A stretch of DNA of 64,000 nucleotides. It comes from Octopus sinensis. Lineage: Eukaryota. The translations under genes were made by a program, and so were the position numbers. The notes beneath the pieces are model-generated. The model saw nothing but the letters and a program-made list of their open reading frames with translations. It was not told the DNA's origin and did no database searches. The DNA lies in contig NC_043001.1 of NCBI RefSeq assembly GCF_006345805.1, positions 45,632,001 to 45,696,000 on the forward strand, given 5' to 3'. Below, one piece after another: positions 51,335-64,000 of the stretch. Each line of letters begins with the position of its first letter. Position 1 is the stretch's first letter.

Positions 51335-52277
51335 ACTACTGTCTATCTATCTCTCTTTACTCCTTTCCTAACAGTATTAATAAATTCCCTACATCTACCC
51401 GCTTTTTTTTCTTTCCATTTTTGAGGTTGTTGCTATTTTGGTCTTTTAAAATTTCCAAAAGTAGATAATAAAGCATAGAGGAACTAAGATAATGACTATG
51501 TAATGAATGTAGCAACAATGATTTCTTTATTCATTTATTCATAATATTATTTTTTGTTGTTTACACAGGTAGCAGGATCAATAAAGCATCACACAAAAAT
51601 TCTTTGTGGAATTTGGTTCTCTTTTAATCCTCGCTCAAATCAACTCTGCTCTTCATTCTTTCAAGATTAATATTATATCTTCCATCCTGTTTCTAGAATT
51701 TATGTAATTAAATGTTCCCTTAATGGTACTCATTTCATTACCCTTAGAATGTTGAAAGCCAAAACTGATCCTAATGAGATTTGTTCATCCATCCATACAA
51801 CAATGACATCTTATGATATATGCTTGATTTAGATTTAAGTGAAAGAACATTGTACAACATCTACCTCGCCTTTTCTCCAAACCTATCTTGATCCAGAAGT
51901 CAAGACAGTTTGAGATAGGTCTGGATGCAGTGGATGACCAGGACTTCTAATGTGTCTTGTGAATTAATGTCTCTTAACATTCAAACTGCCTTATTGTCTG
52001 TTGGGTTAGCCACCAGAATCAAAATGTACATGATCAAGTAGGCACAATCTATAACTTAATGAATGTTTTAAGACTTGAAGGCTACCCTCACTTGCTTTAC
52101 TCCTGTCAAAATGGTTTGCCAGGGTATGCTTAGTTTGCATGCTACATCTTGATGCCACAAGTGAGATTTGGACACAAACCAAAAGAGATGTACTGCCATA
52201 AAAGATGCTGACTCTCTCTGAACAGCACAAACACTCTAATAACAATACTGTAATATGATTTACACTGATGCTCAATC

Positions 52278-52311
<34 letters not shown>

Positions 52312-53886
52312 TGTTTGTAATATAGACTCAAGAGCCAGTAATGTTTTGGGAGAGAAATGGTCAGTTATATCAAAACTAATACTTGACTCATACATTATTG
52401 TATTAACCCCACAAGGTGGAAAGGCAAAGTTGATCTTGGCAAGATTTGAGCTCATATATAAAGACCTGTAACTGAATACCACAAGGCATTTTGTCCAATA
52501 CTCTAATGATGATAATAAACATTGCCTGATAAATGTTATGGTAGTGATTCATCTGAAAGGTCTTGTAAGCATTTGCTAATGCTGTGTAAAACATTGAAAT
52601 GTTAAGTTATTTCAACTAGAACTGTAATAGAAAACTTAGCTTTTTGGCAATCAACACAACACATACTTTTCTCTCTCTCTCCCTCTCTCTCTTACACACA
52701 CTCACACACTTTCTCTCTTTCACATTCACCTCCCATACACTATAAATACATAACAGTGTGTATAATTGACTTAGTTTCCTCACCGCCCTACATGCAATAA
52801 TAACGATAATAAAAGGCAGCTGAATTTCGACAAAATATTTAGTTTTTAAAACAAAAAAAAGTAAAGAGAAAAATCCAAAATATTCCATTACTTTACTTAT
52901 TTGCATAAACTCTCCAAGAATTCTGCCCACATCTTTGAAGTGCTTCTGTATGTGAACTATTTTTTTATAATTCTTTGTCTTGTACTTTGGGTAAAATTCC
53001 TGGTATTAATGGTTAAAGTAAGACTCAAACAGCTTCTCTGACAAAATGTTAGAATTTTGCAAATGTATATATCTTTATCACTGCTACATGATGTATGGAT
53101 TTCTAATTATGAAATTTTCGTAATTTTTCCTTTTTAATAACCTAAACACTGTTTTCTAATATAACCCATTGTATATTTGGGTTGACATAAATACTTCTAA
53201 CCATTTTCTTGTAACACTTTACACTTTTTTCTTTTTTTCTTCGGAAATTTCCAACACAGCATATTTGGAAAGATGGTTTCACAGTACAGCCACAACTGTA
53301 AAACCAGTAAAAGACAATGCAATTGAAATTTTTGTTTTGTTTTGTTTGTTTTTTTCCTTAAATAGGAACCCAGTTTATTAAAGTTAAAAGAAATTATTAT
53401 TGTTGTAATTATTTTTATCATCATCATCATCATTGTCATTCCTTTTATTTAAGTCATACAAATGAGTGGAACTTCGAATATTTAGTTATGTTCCTAGGTC
53501 AAATCCTGCCTCAGTCAACTTTGCCTTTCAACTTTCTAAGCTCAATAAAATAAAGCACTAATCAAGTACTAGGATTGATCTGACTATATCTCTTCTCGTC
53601 CTAAATTTGTGGCCTATGTTAGAAACTATTAATGATCTTATACCAGAGAGTGGTACCTTTAGGGGGATGGAAAAAATCTATTTCATAATTTTTAATGTTA
53701 AAGTACTCAATTTAAGTGATACTTTATCTTAAATTTCAAACAATCTTGATATGTGTTCTAGCTGTCTTCTTAATAAAGTAGTGCGATGGGTTTGTAGATT
53801 CCTATTTTAGTTCACTAATTGTCTAGCCTATTAAAGAACATACTCAAAGATTCTGTCACTTTCAGTATTACATGTATCTTCTTTAA

Positions 53887-54087
53887 CCCTTTAGCAATCA
53901 GATTACTCTGTCAAGTGTCATATCCATTTATTCACATTGTTTTGAATTAATCATGCATTATCTCATACCTTTGAGATTTCGGTGATGTGGTTGTTTATTT
54001 TTAGAATAACATAATAAAGGTTAGAGGTCAGATCTGGTTGCTTTTAACATAAAACAGGTAGAAAAGGTTGGTTTAAATGCTAAGGGG
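53887..54087. mobile_element. piggyBac-type MITE (same family as 50171-50351)
   Basis: TTAA-CCCTTTAGCAATCAGATTACTCTGTCAA...TGCTAAGGGG-TTAA. Confidence 0.86.
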
Positions 54088-54534
54088 TTAAAAACCACAT
54101 ATTTATAATCTCTTGTTTAAGACTCTGACACACTCAACTGTTTCTTATTCCATGATATCATTCCCCCATGTCTTTATGTGCTGAAATATCAATTATTTCA
54201 CATTGCTTTTTTTTCTACAGCAATATCAGCTCTCTTCATATTCTTTTTGCCACATTAGAAGGTTAAATTTTAAAGGTCTTTGAGTTCTTTAGATGCTGTT
54301 TACTATTATTAAATGCTAGATAAAATCACTTGTAGTATTTAGTTATGGCCCTTATGTTTTGAGTTCAAATCCCAATGAGTTCAGCTTCATCCTTCCAAAA
54401 ATATTAGGATTAATACAATCAACTATACTCTTGTCCTTAAATTTGTGGCCTTGTTTAAAATTTGAGGGAGATAGCTACTATTTCTAGCAGTTTGACACAT
54501 TTGTTTAACCTTGTTGACTCCAAATAATAATTCT

Positions 54535-55565
54535 TTCCCCTATAGGTAGAAGGCCTAAAATTGTAATGGGGAAGTGGGTAAGCCTGTTACTTCATTGTAT
54601 TAACTCCAAAAGGATGAAAGGCAAAAATTGATCTTGGCAGAATTTGAACTCAGAACATAAGGACAGACGAAATACTGCTAAGCATTTTGTCCAACATGCT
54701 AACAATTCTGCCAGTTTGCCACCTTAATAATAACGATGGTGATGATAATAATTATCATTACTATTATTATTATTATTGCAACAAATGGGCAGAATCATTA
54801 GCATGCTGAGTAAAATGTTGAGCAACATTTCCTCCATCTTTATGTTCCGATTTCAAATTCTGCTGTGGTTGACTCTACCTTTCGTCCTTTCAAGGTCATT
54901 AAATTAACTACCAGTTGAGTACTGGGATCAATGTAATTTATTTACACCCTCCCCGAAGTTGCTGGCCTTGTGCCAAAATTTGAAACCATTATTCATCATC
55001 ATCATCATTTAGCATCCATTTTCCATGCTGGCATGGGTTGGACAGTTTGACTGGAAGCTGCACCAAAAACCAATCTGATTATTATTATTATTATTATCAT
55101 CATCATCATCATCATCACTATTATTTCTGAGAACAACAAACTGGCAAAATCATTAAAACACCAGAAAAATTGCCTTGCAAGGTCAACTTTGTCTTTCATT
55201 CCTCCAAGATCGATAAAATTAAGTACCAGTCGAGTACATGAGGTTGATTTTGCCTTTCATCTTTTCAAGGTTGAAAAAATAACTAGTCAAATACTGGGGG
55301 TCAATGTAATCAACTTATTCACTCCCCTAAAATTTCAGGCCTTGTGCCTTTATTAGAAGGGATTGTCATTACTATCGTTTTTATTATTGGCAGAAATGGT
55401 ATTTAGTTTCCTCGATGTAATGCACCTGGTTTCACTTTGCCTTTCTTTCATCCAAAGTTTGTAAAAAGTAATAAATCCCAGTAACATACTGGGGTCAATG
55501 CTAATCAACTAATACATACACACACACACCTCCCCTACAAATTTGTGGCTTTGTGCCAGAGTTAG
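54535..55565. mobile_element. Cluster of SINE family B copies in both orientations
   Basis: A minus copy ending ~54725 lies head-to-head with a plus copy starting ~54786; further partial plus copies run to ~55565. Confidence 0.8.
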
Positions 55566-57349
55566 AAATCATTATTAGTACAGTCAGACTCTGTTGTTGT
55601 TGTTGTTTTTTTGTTTCTTTTCTGTCTGCCAGAATATAAAGAAGGCATTGTAAGTGATTGAGAGATGTCAATCTCTCACTTAAACAGAGAAAGACTACTA
55701 CAAATTACAGTGGTTGTGGAAAAAAAAATAATTGCAATTTTTTTTTTTTTGATATTCCAAATTTATTACATATTTAATAAGCATGGCATTGCATTGAAAA
55801 AAAAAATATCAAAATTGTTTTTAAAACTAAATTTACTTCAAAGATGATGTAATTATATCTTCCAATTTGCTCAAATAAATCCAGCTTTACAATTAAATAA
55901 ATCACCAAATTGATCATAAATCATACATTTTATGTTTTATCTCAGTATTAAACATAAGATGATTGAGCTGTCAAGATTATATTTTCATTTATTTTTTTAA
56001 ATTATTAATCCATTTTTACTGTTTGTTTATGTTATATATATTTGAAGGGAAACTGATGTTAGTTGCAGTATAGGATTTTTTACCTCTTCTTTCAATTTTG
56101 AGGTGTTCTATTGAAAATTGTTAACACCTACCTAAGTCTACACAAATTAATTTGGAAAAGAAGAAAAGTATTACATATTTCTTTTCCTTTGGTTATCAAA
56201 TTATCTCCCAAAATTAAAAAATAAACATAAGAACAGTATTGGAATTACTTTAATTTTTTTTTAGAAATAAAATTGCTGAAACATAAAAACAATTTCTACT
56301 TTATGTGCAGTTGTGTTAGCAGATGCAATATTGAAATCCTGCTAGCTTTCTTGCATGTGACACTGCATAAGGACTCCCTCCTTGTTGACTTCAGCTACTG
56401 TATCATTCATTTCAGAGTTAACTATTTCTCAAGTGGACTTGACACTTCATTAATGTGTGTGTGTGTTAGAATAGTTTAGTGTTTATAAAGCATTGCCTGA
56501 TGTATATAAATATTTTTTAAAGCCAAAACATGGTAAATTATAAAAAAATAATAATACAGGTCAGTGGTTTTCACTGTTACCTAGTATGTCAATAGGGTTA
56601 GAATCCATTCTTCAGGAAGTTTATGAAGAAATTGGTTATCAGCACCTTTTTTCCATAAATTTTGGGTCCTAACCCAGAAATATTGAAATACCAAGGAATA
56701 GAACAAACCATCAACCCTATTAATTTTTTTACAACTTGCATTGTTTGGCTTTAAAAAAATATTTGAAACATTTGTGTGTGTGTGTGTTCATTAAGCTGCA
56801 TGACCAAGTGGTTGCACTGGCACTTGCAAGATCATGGTTTTGGTTCCCAGAGCAGGCAGTGTCAGCATCTGATATGTGGAACACTGTGCACCTGTACAGG
56901 TAATGTCAATTTGATGGAGGGAGGGAGTTCATGTAACAGCATAAACATTTGGTCACTATAAACATGTTGTTCAACAACAAGGTGTGGAACCCTCCTGATA
57001 TTTACGACAGGAGACTCCACCAAATATATACATTTCATAGCCTTACTTTCCTAAAAATTTTAAGGAAATGGACTTCTAATACAATGAAGTTATACAAGAG
57101 CATAGACTTAGACTTAGAAGGGAGATAATTTCTGAAGAAATTTGAAGTGTAACTATTGATGAAAATCGCTCCAATTCTGCAGTTATTTCTAATGTTTATT
57201 TAACTTTTGAATGTTCTTTGTTGCTGCTATTGTTGTTGTTGTTGTTTCCTCTTCCATATTTATTGCATATCTGTGACATTTTTTCTTTAAATAAAAATAA
57301 AACAAAACAAAAAAAGAGCAACAACTATGTACTGAATGTTAAAACATGA

Positions 57350-57355
57350 AATAAA
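57350..57355 (+). promoter_or_regulatory. Candidate distal polyadenylation signal
   Basis: AATAAA with upstream TGTA (57328-57331), additional AATAAA near 57290 and GT-rich sequence downstream. Confidence 0.35.
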
Positions 57356-58299
57356 ATATTTATGCTTTTGGTGAAGCAACACACCTTTATCCTTGTTGAT
57401 CTATTATATTTAAACTAGTTTAGTACCTATAAAAGAAATGATGGGGGTTGTTTCTGTCTCCTTCAGTAACTCTCAATCTTTGCTCCATTTTCTTCTTGTG
57501 TTTCATTTTCATTTCATTGAATTCTTATTCTCTTTTTTTTCTTCAAGCCTTTCTTCTGTTTCTTATTGTGTTAAGACTTCTCTGCAATTCATACTGAGTG
57601 TTGATTTCTCCTTATAATCATCTTTATGAAGTCTGAAGTTAAGAAATTTCTCACTGACTGAGAACTTCTTCCAATACACTCATAAGTAAAGGTTTATGTA
57701 AACAGCTGCACCATGGACACCCTGTCCAAGGTTTTTTTTTTCATCTTTAGAAAAATTTTAACAAGGCTCCCATGTTATTCCTGGTTGAGATTGAAACCTC
57801 ACCTTTATATTATGTTTCTACTTAACAGCTTTATCTGCAAGGCTATTGAAACACCAAGAATGACCAGCTTAAAAATGGGATATTTTAGCACACTTATATA
57901 ATTGGCTATTGAGGATATAAGAATGATTGGAGGGAGATTTGGTTGCTATTTCAAAACTGTTTACATGCACACACACACAGCTACTATATTTCTTTGTTCA
58001 CATCAGGTCAGTCCTAATCTACTAAATCTTATAATTAAAGACACTCCTGCTACAACCATCTCTAACTACCAGAAATCTAATCTAATTACTCTTCCACAAT
58101 CATTATAAAAGGTATTATTTAAACAATTCAGTTCCTGTTACCTCAAGAGTTAACTGAAACAACGGAACAATTTAGTTAAAAAAGAACCTCATTTAAAATC
58201 AATAGAGTTTGAACCACAATCAAATTTTCAGTGAAAGAAACCTACAAGGCCAACAAGACAACTGCCACAAAAAGAGTTGAAAATAAGATAATTCAATAC

Positions 58300-58870
58300 A
58301 TTTGATTGAAAAGAAGCTGAAAACCTTTTTGGAACAGATGTTGCTTGATGGGAAGCAGGAAGCTGAATTGGATGCTAAAATTGCAGGTGATGGCACAGTG
58401 ATGTGCCAGCTGCAGCATCCATCCCTCAGAAGAGGAGAGAGGTTAATAGAAAAGCCAAACTTGCTATCTTCACTTTGGCTTTTGTGTCTATCCTCACCTA
58501 TGGTCTTGAACATTGGATAATAACTGAAAGAATGTGATTATATTAACATGCAGCCAAAATACAGATCCTCCAAATCTCTGGAATAATGTTAGTCAACATG
58601 GCACATAGCTCAAAGTCTCTCCATGTCAAGCTGCTATTTCTCTACATTGAGAGTTCACAGCTCTGATACCACACGTGATTAGAAAGTCACAAAACAGATA
58701 ATTCCAGCCAAACCAACCAGTAGGAAACCTAGGGTAGGCCAAAAATGAGAGGATTAGATAGTATCCATAGCCTTAGTTGATTTCACCAAGGAATCCAGTT
58801 GAAAAGATATGACCCTATGGAAGAGGTGCCTGAAGACTCTACTCCTACAACCCTCCCAGGAAGAGTGGGC
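58300..58870 (+). mobile_element. Decayed RTE LINE fragment
   Basis: DGKQEAELDAKIA, EKPNL and SILTYGLEHW-like motifs and a decayed GRP-like C-terminus. Confidence 0.65.
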
Positions 58871-58888
58871 CAGAAAAAATGGATGGAT

Positions 58889-59151
58889 GGCACGTAAAAA
58901 GCACCATCTGAACGTGGCCGATGCCGGTGGCACATAAAAAGCACCAATCCAATCGTGGCTGTTGCCAGCCTCACCTGGCACGTAAAAAGCACCCACTACA
59001 CTCACCGAGTGGTTAGCGCTAGGAAGGGCATCCAGCTGTAGAAACACTGCCAGATCAGACTGGAGCCTGGTGCAGCCTTCTGGCTTTCCAGATCCCGGTC
59101 GAACCATCCAACCCATGCTAGCATGGAAAACGGACGTTAAACGATGATGAT
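58889..59151 (+). mobile_element. RTE LINE 3' UTR fragment
   Basis: Nearly identical to 43257-43537; tail ggacgttaaacgatgatga. Confidence 0.82.
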
Positions 59152-62100
59152 ATACATGTTCATACAAGACTTGTATCAGACTCCTCACTCATATTATCAA
59201 ACCAAGAGTTTGACATCCGTCCTTCCATAGCACTCACCTGCCACCTTTGGTCTTCTGGATACCAATACCTCTCTTAATATAGTCTTTATGAAAATTACTT
59301 AATGCAGTTAAGTATAAAGAGGATTTTTTAAAAAAAGTTCTAAAATCTTTTATAAGGATGTTACTAACCTTTTTGGGGAAGAAGTGACAGCACTTTCAAT
59401 TAACCTTATATATATTTATTCTTTCCGCCTCCTCACTCATCCGTTTCTCTCAAGAGAAACACCTGTCAAATGTCAGTGTAGAAGGGTCTTTAGTATTGAA
59501 CATACATTTCATGTGTGTCTGATTTCCTTTTTGAGATTGATCTCATATATCACTCTCTACTCTGCTGTTGCATACTTGTAAGTTTGTAATTTCGAACATA
59601 CACATCTATATTCTGCTAATACATCCCTTCCCTTTGTTGAAACAAACACTTCTATCAAGCTTGGTGGGGAGAAGGGGTTTGATATTAAACATAAATTTTT
59701 GCATTCTTACATGTGCAAGTAAGGGAGAGAACAATGAAAATGCCATCTTTATGTGAAAGGCTGCAATACTGAAAAGTCAACAAACTTAATTGCTGTTTTT
59801 TTAAGTCAAATCTCAGATTTTGGAGGGCATTTTTTGCAGTTCAGATGGAGCAAAAAAAATTTTAAGAGTGGAAATTATGACATTTGACAATTAACTTTAT
59901 GCCACTGGGAGATTTTGTTTCTTCTATTAGCTGGAATTCAAGTAACCACATACAAATTGTACCAATTTCTGGCCTTCCTATATATAGTCTAATACCAGTG
60001 AGTATTGGACTAAATGTTGCCCAGTTTTTACTCTTTAGTACCAGGCAAGCAACCAAGAGATTAAAAGTTCACATCTAGTCGCTAACATTTTTATTACATC
60101 TGTAGCCAACACATTTGACAAGGGCACTTACCTCTAAAATGTTATTGTAATGTAACAATGACTTGCTTCTTTAAAAAGTGATAGCACTGTCAAATTGACA
60201 GATGTTAGTTGCTTTTATATATCTTTAGGTTGTGTAAAGTATGGCTATATATCTAAGAAGTTCACTTAGCAACAATATAGTTTGGGATTTGATCCCACTG
60301 CGAAGCACTTTGGCCAAGTGTCTTCAACCATATCCTCAAATGGAACCGAAGCCCTGTAAATGAAATTTGGTAAAGAGAAACTGTATAGAAGCCTGACACA
60401 GGGTCCGATGATAACCTTAATCTGTCACCTAGTTTAACACCACTTCATGGCCTTTTTGAATACTTTCAGCAGATTCCACTGTTGCAAGCAGTTCAAGGAC
60501 AATTTCCTTTCACCAGTCTTAGCAATTCTGAAAAAAAACAAACCGGTCATATATGATGCTGATAGAGCAGATTTATGGTATGTCTTCAAACAACTTCGTA
60601 TAATCCATACCTCTGCAATTCACCACACCAAGTAATCATCAGCATTACACAAGTAGGCTGGTTTAATATGGAGTTGTATAGCATCAAATCAATCTAGTCA
60701 AGGACATATCTGGTCACAAGGTATTCAAGTTATAACTTCACTATCTACTTCAGATGGCGGAACTAAGATACACAGTTATGATAGAAAGTTCCAGATAGTA
60801 TACAATCAATTTAAGAGATTATATATCGGCAGCAGCGTAAAATGTAAGGGACATAACTCGGGCCAGATTTTACCAATTAATCTGGAGCAAGCAGAGTTAC
60901 TTACCTTCCTGAATGCAACAAGACTTTTGTACCTATAGCAATCATACAAGCCTTTGTAATTCATATACAATATTTGCTTTTGAACTTTGGTTTATCTGCA
61001 ACGCAACTAGTCCAGTATTTTTACCAGGATTACTAATACATGTCTATGGAAAGAGTGAAGTTTAATAATATGCACAATTTTGTAGCCAACCTGATTTTTC
61101 CTGTCTAGAAACTTTTTGTATAACCCTCAATACTGAATTGAGAAAATAAAAGGAAATACTGCCATGTAATTTAGTCTGATGAAGCACTACAAGTATGCAA
61201 TTCTTGTAGAATATATTCCTTTAGAATATAGAAATTTGGTATAAATAATAGATCTAAGAATGTTACTTGAAATAGGTTCTGAATATTCTAAGAAACTAAT
61301 CATCATCATCGTTTAATGCTAGCATGGGTTGGATGGTTTGACTGGGCTGGCGAACCAGGCTGTCTTGATCTGGCAGAAGTTTCTACAGCTGGATGCCCTT
61401 CCTAACACCAACCACTCCGAGTGTAGTGGGTGCTTTTACATGCCTACACTAAGTAGCTAGTCTTGTGGTGGGTGGTAAGACAAAAATGGTTCAAGTTCCA
61501 ACTTAGAATCTGTTAGCAACATTGAAGAACCCAGCACCCCACAGCTTTTTCCTTACCAAATCGCTATGAATACAAAATTTCACTACAGCATCAATCTGAA
61601 TGACGACAGATTAGCTGTTTAGTACTTTCACTGCACTACTCCCCCTAAACTGTGTCAGTTCGTAAGATATGTAGGAACCCTAACTACACAACTTCTGATA
61701 CATTACTCAAACCCTTCATTCCCCACGGAGGATAGGCCATCAATGACTTTTCTCCAGTTATAATGAATTATCATCAAGGATTCTGTTATGGCCCCTAAAG
61801 TGGTCTATGTTGGACTGGCCTCTATCATTTGAGATGTCCAAAATGGGAGACCTTACCAGGAGCTTGCATGCCAGTAGAATAGTTCTCAGTCAATGGGGTA
61901 CACATCAAAGAATCTTGTAGCAAACTAATTCTTTTGAGATCCTAATGTTCATCCAATCCATTGGTTTTATTCCAATCATACTGCCATAGTATCAAGAACA
62001 CAGTGTTGCTCATGAACAATTTTCATTTCGAATGCTAATTAATTTCTTGAGTTTCAACAGGTTCAAGCTTAAATTTACTTTGTACCATCCAACTCGTATA

Positions 62101-62728
62101 ATATACTGTCCTCACTTCTCAATAAAAAGGTTTGAATGAGACTGTTCCACATTTCCCTGTTGGTGAGGTTTCAATACCTTCAACCTGATACTGCTACTTT
62201 TCTGGAACCTCCATTCCTCTTTCAAAGAAATGCAGACAACCTGAACAAACCCTGCTTCAGCATGTCCCTTCACCACCAGTGCCATAACTGAGCTTCCAGT
62301 TCATATTTCCAACTATTTCAATTGTATTTCTTTTCTTTTGTACTGAATATTTACTTTGAAAAGATATTAACTTTGAAAAGATTCAACTTTTGTCATTTTT
62401 GAATAAAACTTGCAACTAAAAGCAATTTCTCAAAGTGCTCTAGTAAATCAATTTCCAGTTAAAAAATTTAAAAAAGAGAAAGACTGATAGAATATTGTAT
62501 GTTGATTTATTTGAAGACAGTTATAAGGGAGGGATGGGCAAATAGCCACTAAAGGTTTACTTACAGTAAAATATCGAATAAGTTTTATCAGAAACTTTCA
62601 ATGAAAGTCACTAGTCAAAAAAATAGTGTGAGAAGCTTGCTGTATACAAACAGCTGCTGAAGGACAATGATCAATGGATGAAATGTATAGATGGCCGTGT
62701 GCTTCATTCATCTAAAATAGGAGTAACA

Positions 62729-62781
62729 TTAATTGTAGCCTCCCCAGTAAGATCCACCCCAACCACCATAATCACTGCTGC
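62729..62781 (-). CDS. Terminal coding exon of an unidentified convergent gene
   Basis: Minus strand ttttattttcag|GC AGC AGT GAT TAT GGT GGT TGG...TAC AAT TAA = GSSDYGGWGGSYWGGYN*; phase-compatible with the exon at 63261-63309. Confidence 0.72.
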
Positions 62782-63260
62782 CTGAAAATAAAATTACAGA
62801 AGGTAAAAAATATTAGGATATAGAAACCACAATACTATATATCCTGGTTTCATTACTGAACATAAAACACTTCATAATTAAAATTATATGCTGAAAACTA
62901 TGTTAAATATATGAAAACTAAAGATTACTCTATAATATTCAAAACTAAAAATAGATAACATAAATGCTAATGAACATTACAGCAGTTATAAAATGGTTGT
63001 ATCAATATTTACAAAATATAAACCCAGTTACAAGAAAATAAGGATCTAAACAACTATTTATATTATACTTTTGAATTAGACATGAATAAGCAGTTCAAGA
63101 GGAAGTCATTTAACAGGTAAGTATACTTTAAAATTTCCATGTTAATTCAGTGTTAATTTAGCAGCAGCATGTATATTACATAAATTTAGTTGTAAACCCC
63201 AAGTTTTCATATCTGATATTCATATCCTACAGTTCAAGTTTAAAAAACTGTTCAACTCAC

Positions 63261-63309
63261 CAAGTGTATTTTTACCAGCTAGTTCTGTTCTGTCTCCTCC
63301 GTTTGTTAT
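63261..63309 (-). CDS. Penultimate 49-nt coding exon of the same unidentified gene
   Basis: Minus strand cttcttttataacag|ATA ACA AAC...ACA CTT G|gtgagt = ITNGGDRTELAGKNTL; open in phase 0 to phase 1. Confidence 0.7.
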
Positions 63310-63745
63310 CTGTTATAAAAGAAGATGAGATGGAAAGAGTTAAATATTCAGCAAGAAAAAGAGCCAAGAGAAACAAAACAATTAGTAAATAACTCGTTGA
63401 CAATTCTAAAATTGATTTTCATTTAAGTAGATTCTGTACAAAGAGCATACACAGAGATAAGTAGGGGAAGTGGTGAATATGTATCATTGACATATTTTGA
63501 GAATTTTATATATAATATATTTATATAAGGCAATAAAGTCATTCAAATTAAACTCAGTCTTGATAAAATATTTTAATAAGACTCAAGTTAAGGAAATCAA
63601 ATCAATCTTCAAAAGACGATTTCAATAACAAGGTCATTACATTTCAGTAAAAAAAAATAAACTGGCACAATATTTACAAAATTTATAGAAGCATCCATTG
63701 ACTCTCATACAATTTAACTTAAAGCTGCTTTCTTTAATATTTTAA

Positions 63746-63963
63746 CCCTTTCGTTACCAACCCGGCCAAAACCGGCTCTGGCTCTGTAGTACAAAGGTCT
63801 TGTTTTCATAAGTTTTGAATAAAAATCTTCCAAACTTTAGTCACAATTTATGTTCCTTACACTAGCTGAATGATGACTAAGTTATTTTACTAAATTCTTT
63901 GTTATATTTAAAATAATTGAAAGAAACACAGAGCATCTCAAAATAAATACAGTAACGAAAGGG
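63746..63963. mobile_element. piggyBac-type MITE (second family)
   Basis: TTAA TSDs; 12-bp TIRs CCCTTTCGTTAC/GTAACGAAAGGG; older related copies near 16625-16840 and 27835-28030. Confidence 0.9.
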
Positions 63964-64000
63964 TTAAAAAACAATCAGCAAGTGACATTTTTATAATTTA

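Noticed and set aside
63276-63309. Alternative reading DNKRRRQNRTSW with an internal donor (hnRNP Q/R-like)
   Set aside because: The gtgagt donor with the ITNGG... frame gives a stronger splice site and a longer consistent ORF; the similarity is too short to name a gene.

Overview
Eukaryotic, AT-rich genomic DNA, dense in microsatellites and retroposons. The repeat landscape (tRNA-derived SINEs, RTE/CR1 LINE 3' ends, piggyBac-type MITEs) suggests an octopus or other coleoid cephalopod; this assignment is inference. The main gene is a + strand RAP1GDS1 (SmgGDS, armadillo-repeat GEF/prenylation chaperone). I traced 13 coding exons by hand from 16247 to the TGA at 48732-48734 (about 578 codons, every intron GT-AG and phase 1). 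The first ~35-40 residues were not found and probably lie upstream of the window. The last two coding exons of an unidentified convergent gene lie on the - strand at 62729-63309. Mobile elements include a decayed Ty3/Gypsy element with PPT and 3' LTR, a young CR1 insertion with TSD, an RTE insertion with an 11-bp TSD, hAT, mariner and CRE-like remnants, and many SINEs. Best second-look items: (1) an in-frame 72-nt cassette exon with a nested 21-nt microexon option in the last RAP1GDS1 intron, followed by a QKI-type motif and flanked by inverted SINEs; (2) two long fold-back hairpins in one intron; (3) a 147-nt exon matching the one skipped in human SmgGDS-558; (4) inverted SINE pairs in introns and in a possibly very long 3' UTR. 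I cannot claim a wholly new biological system from sequence alone.
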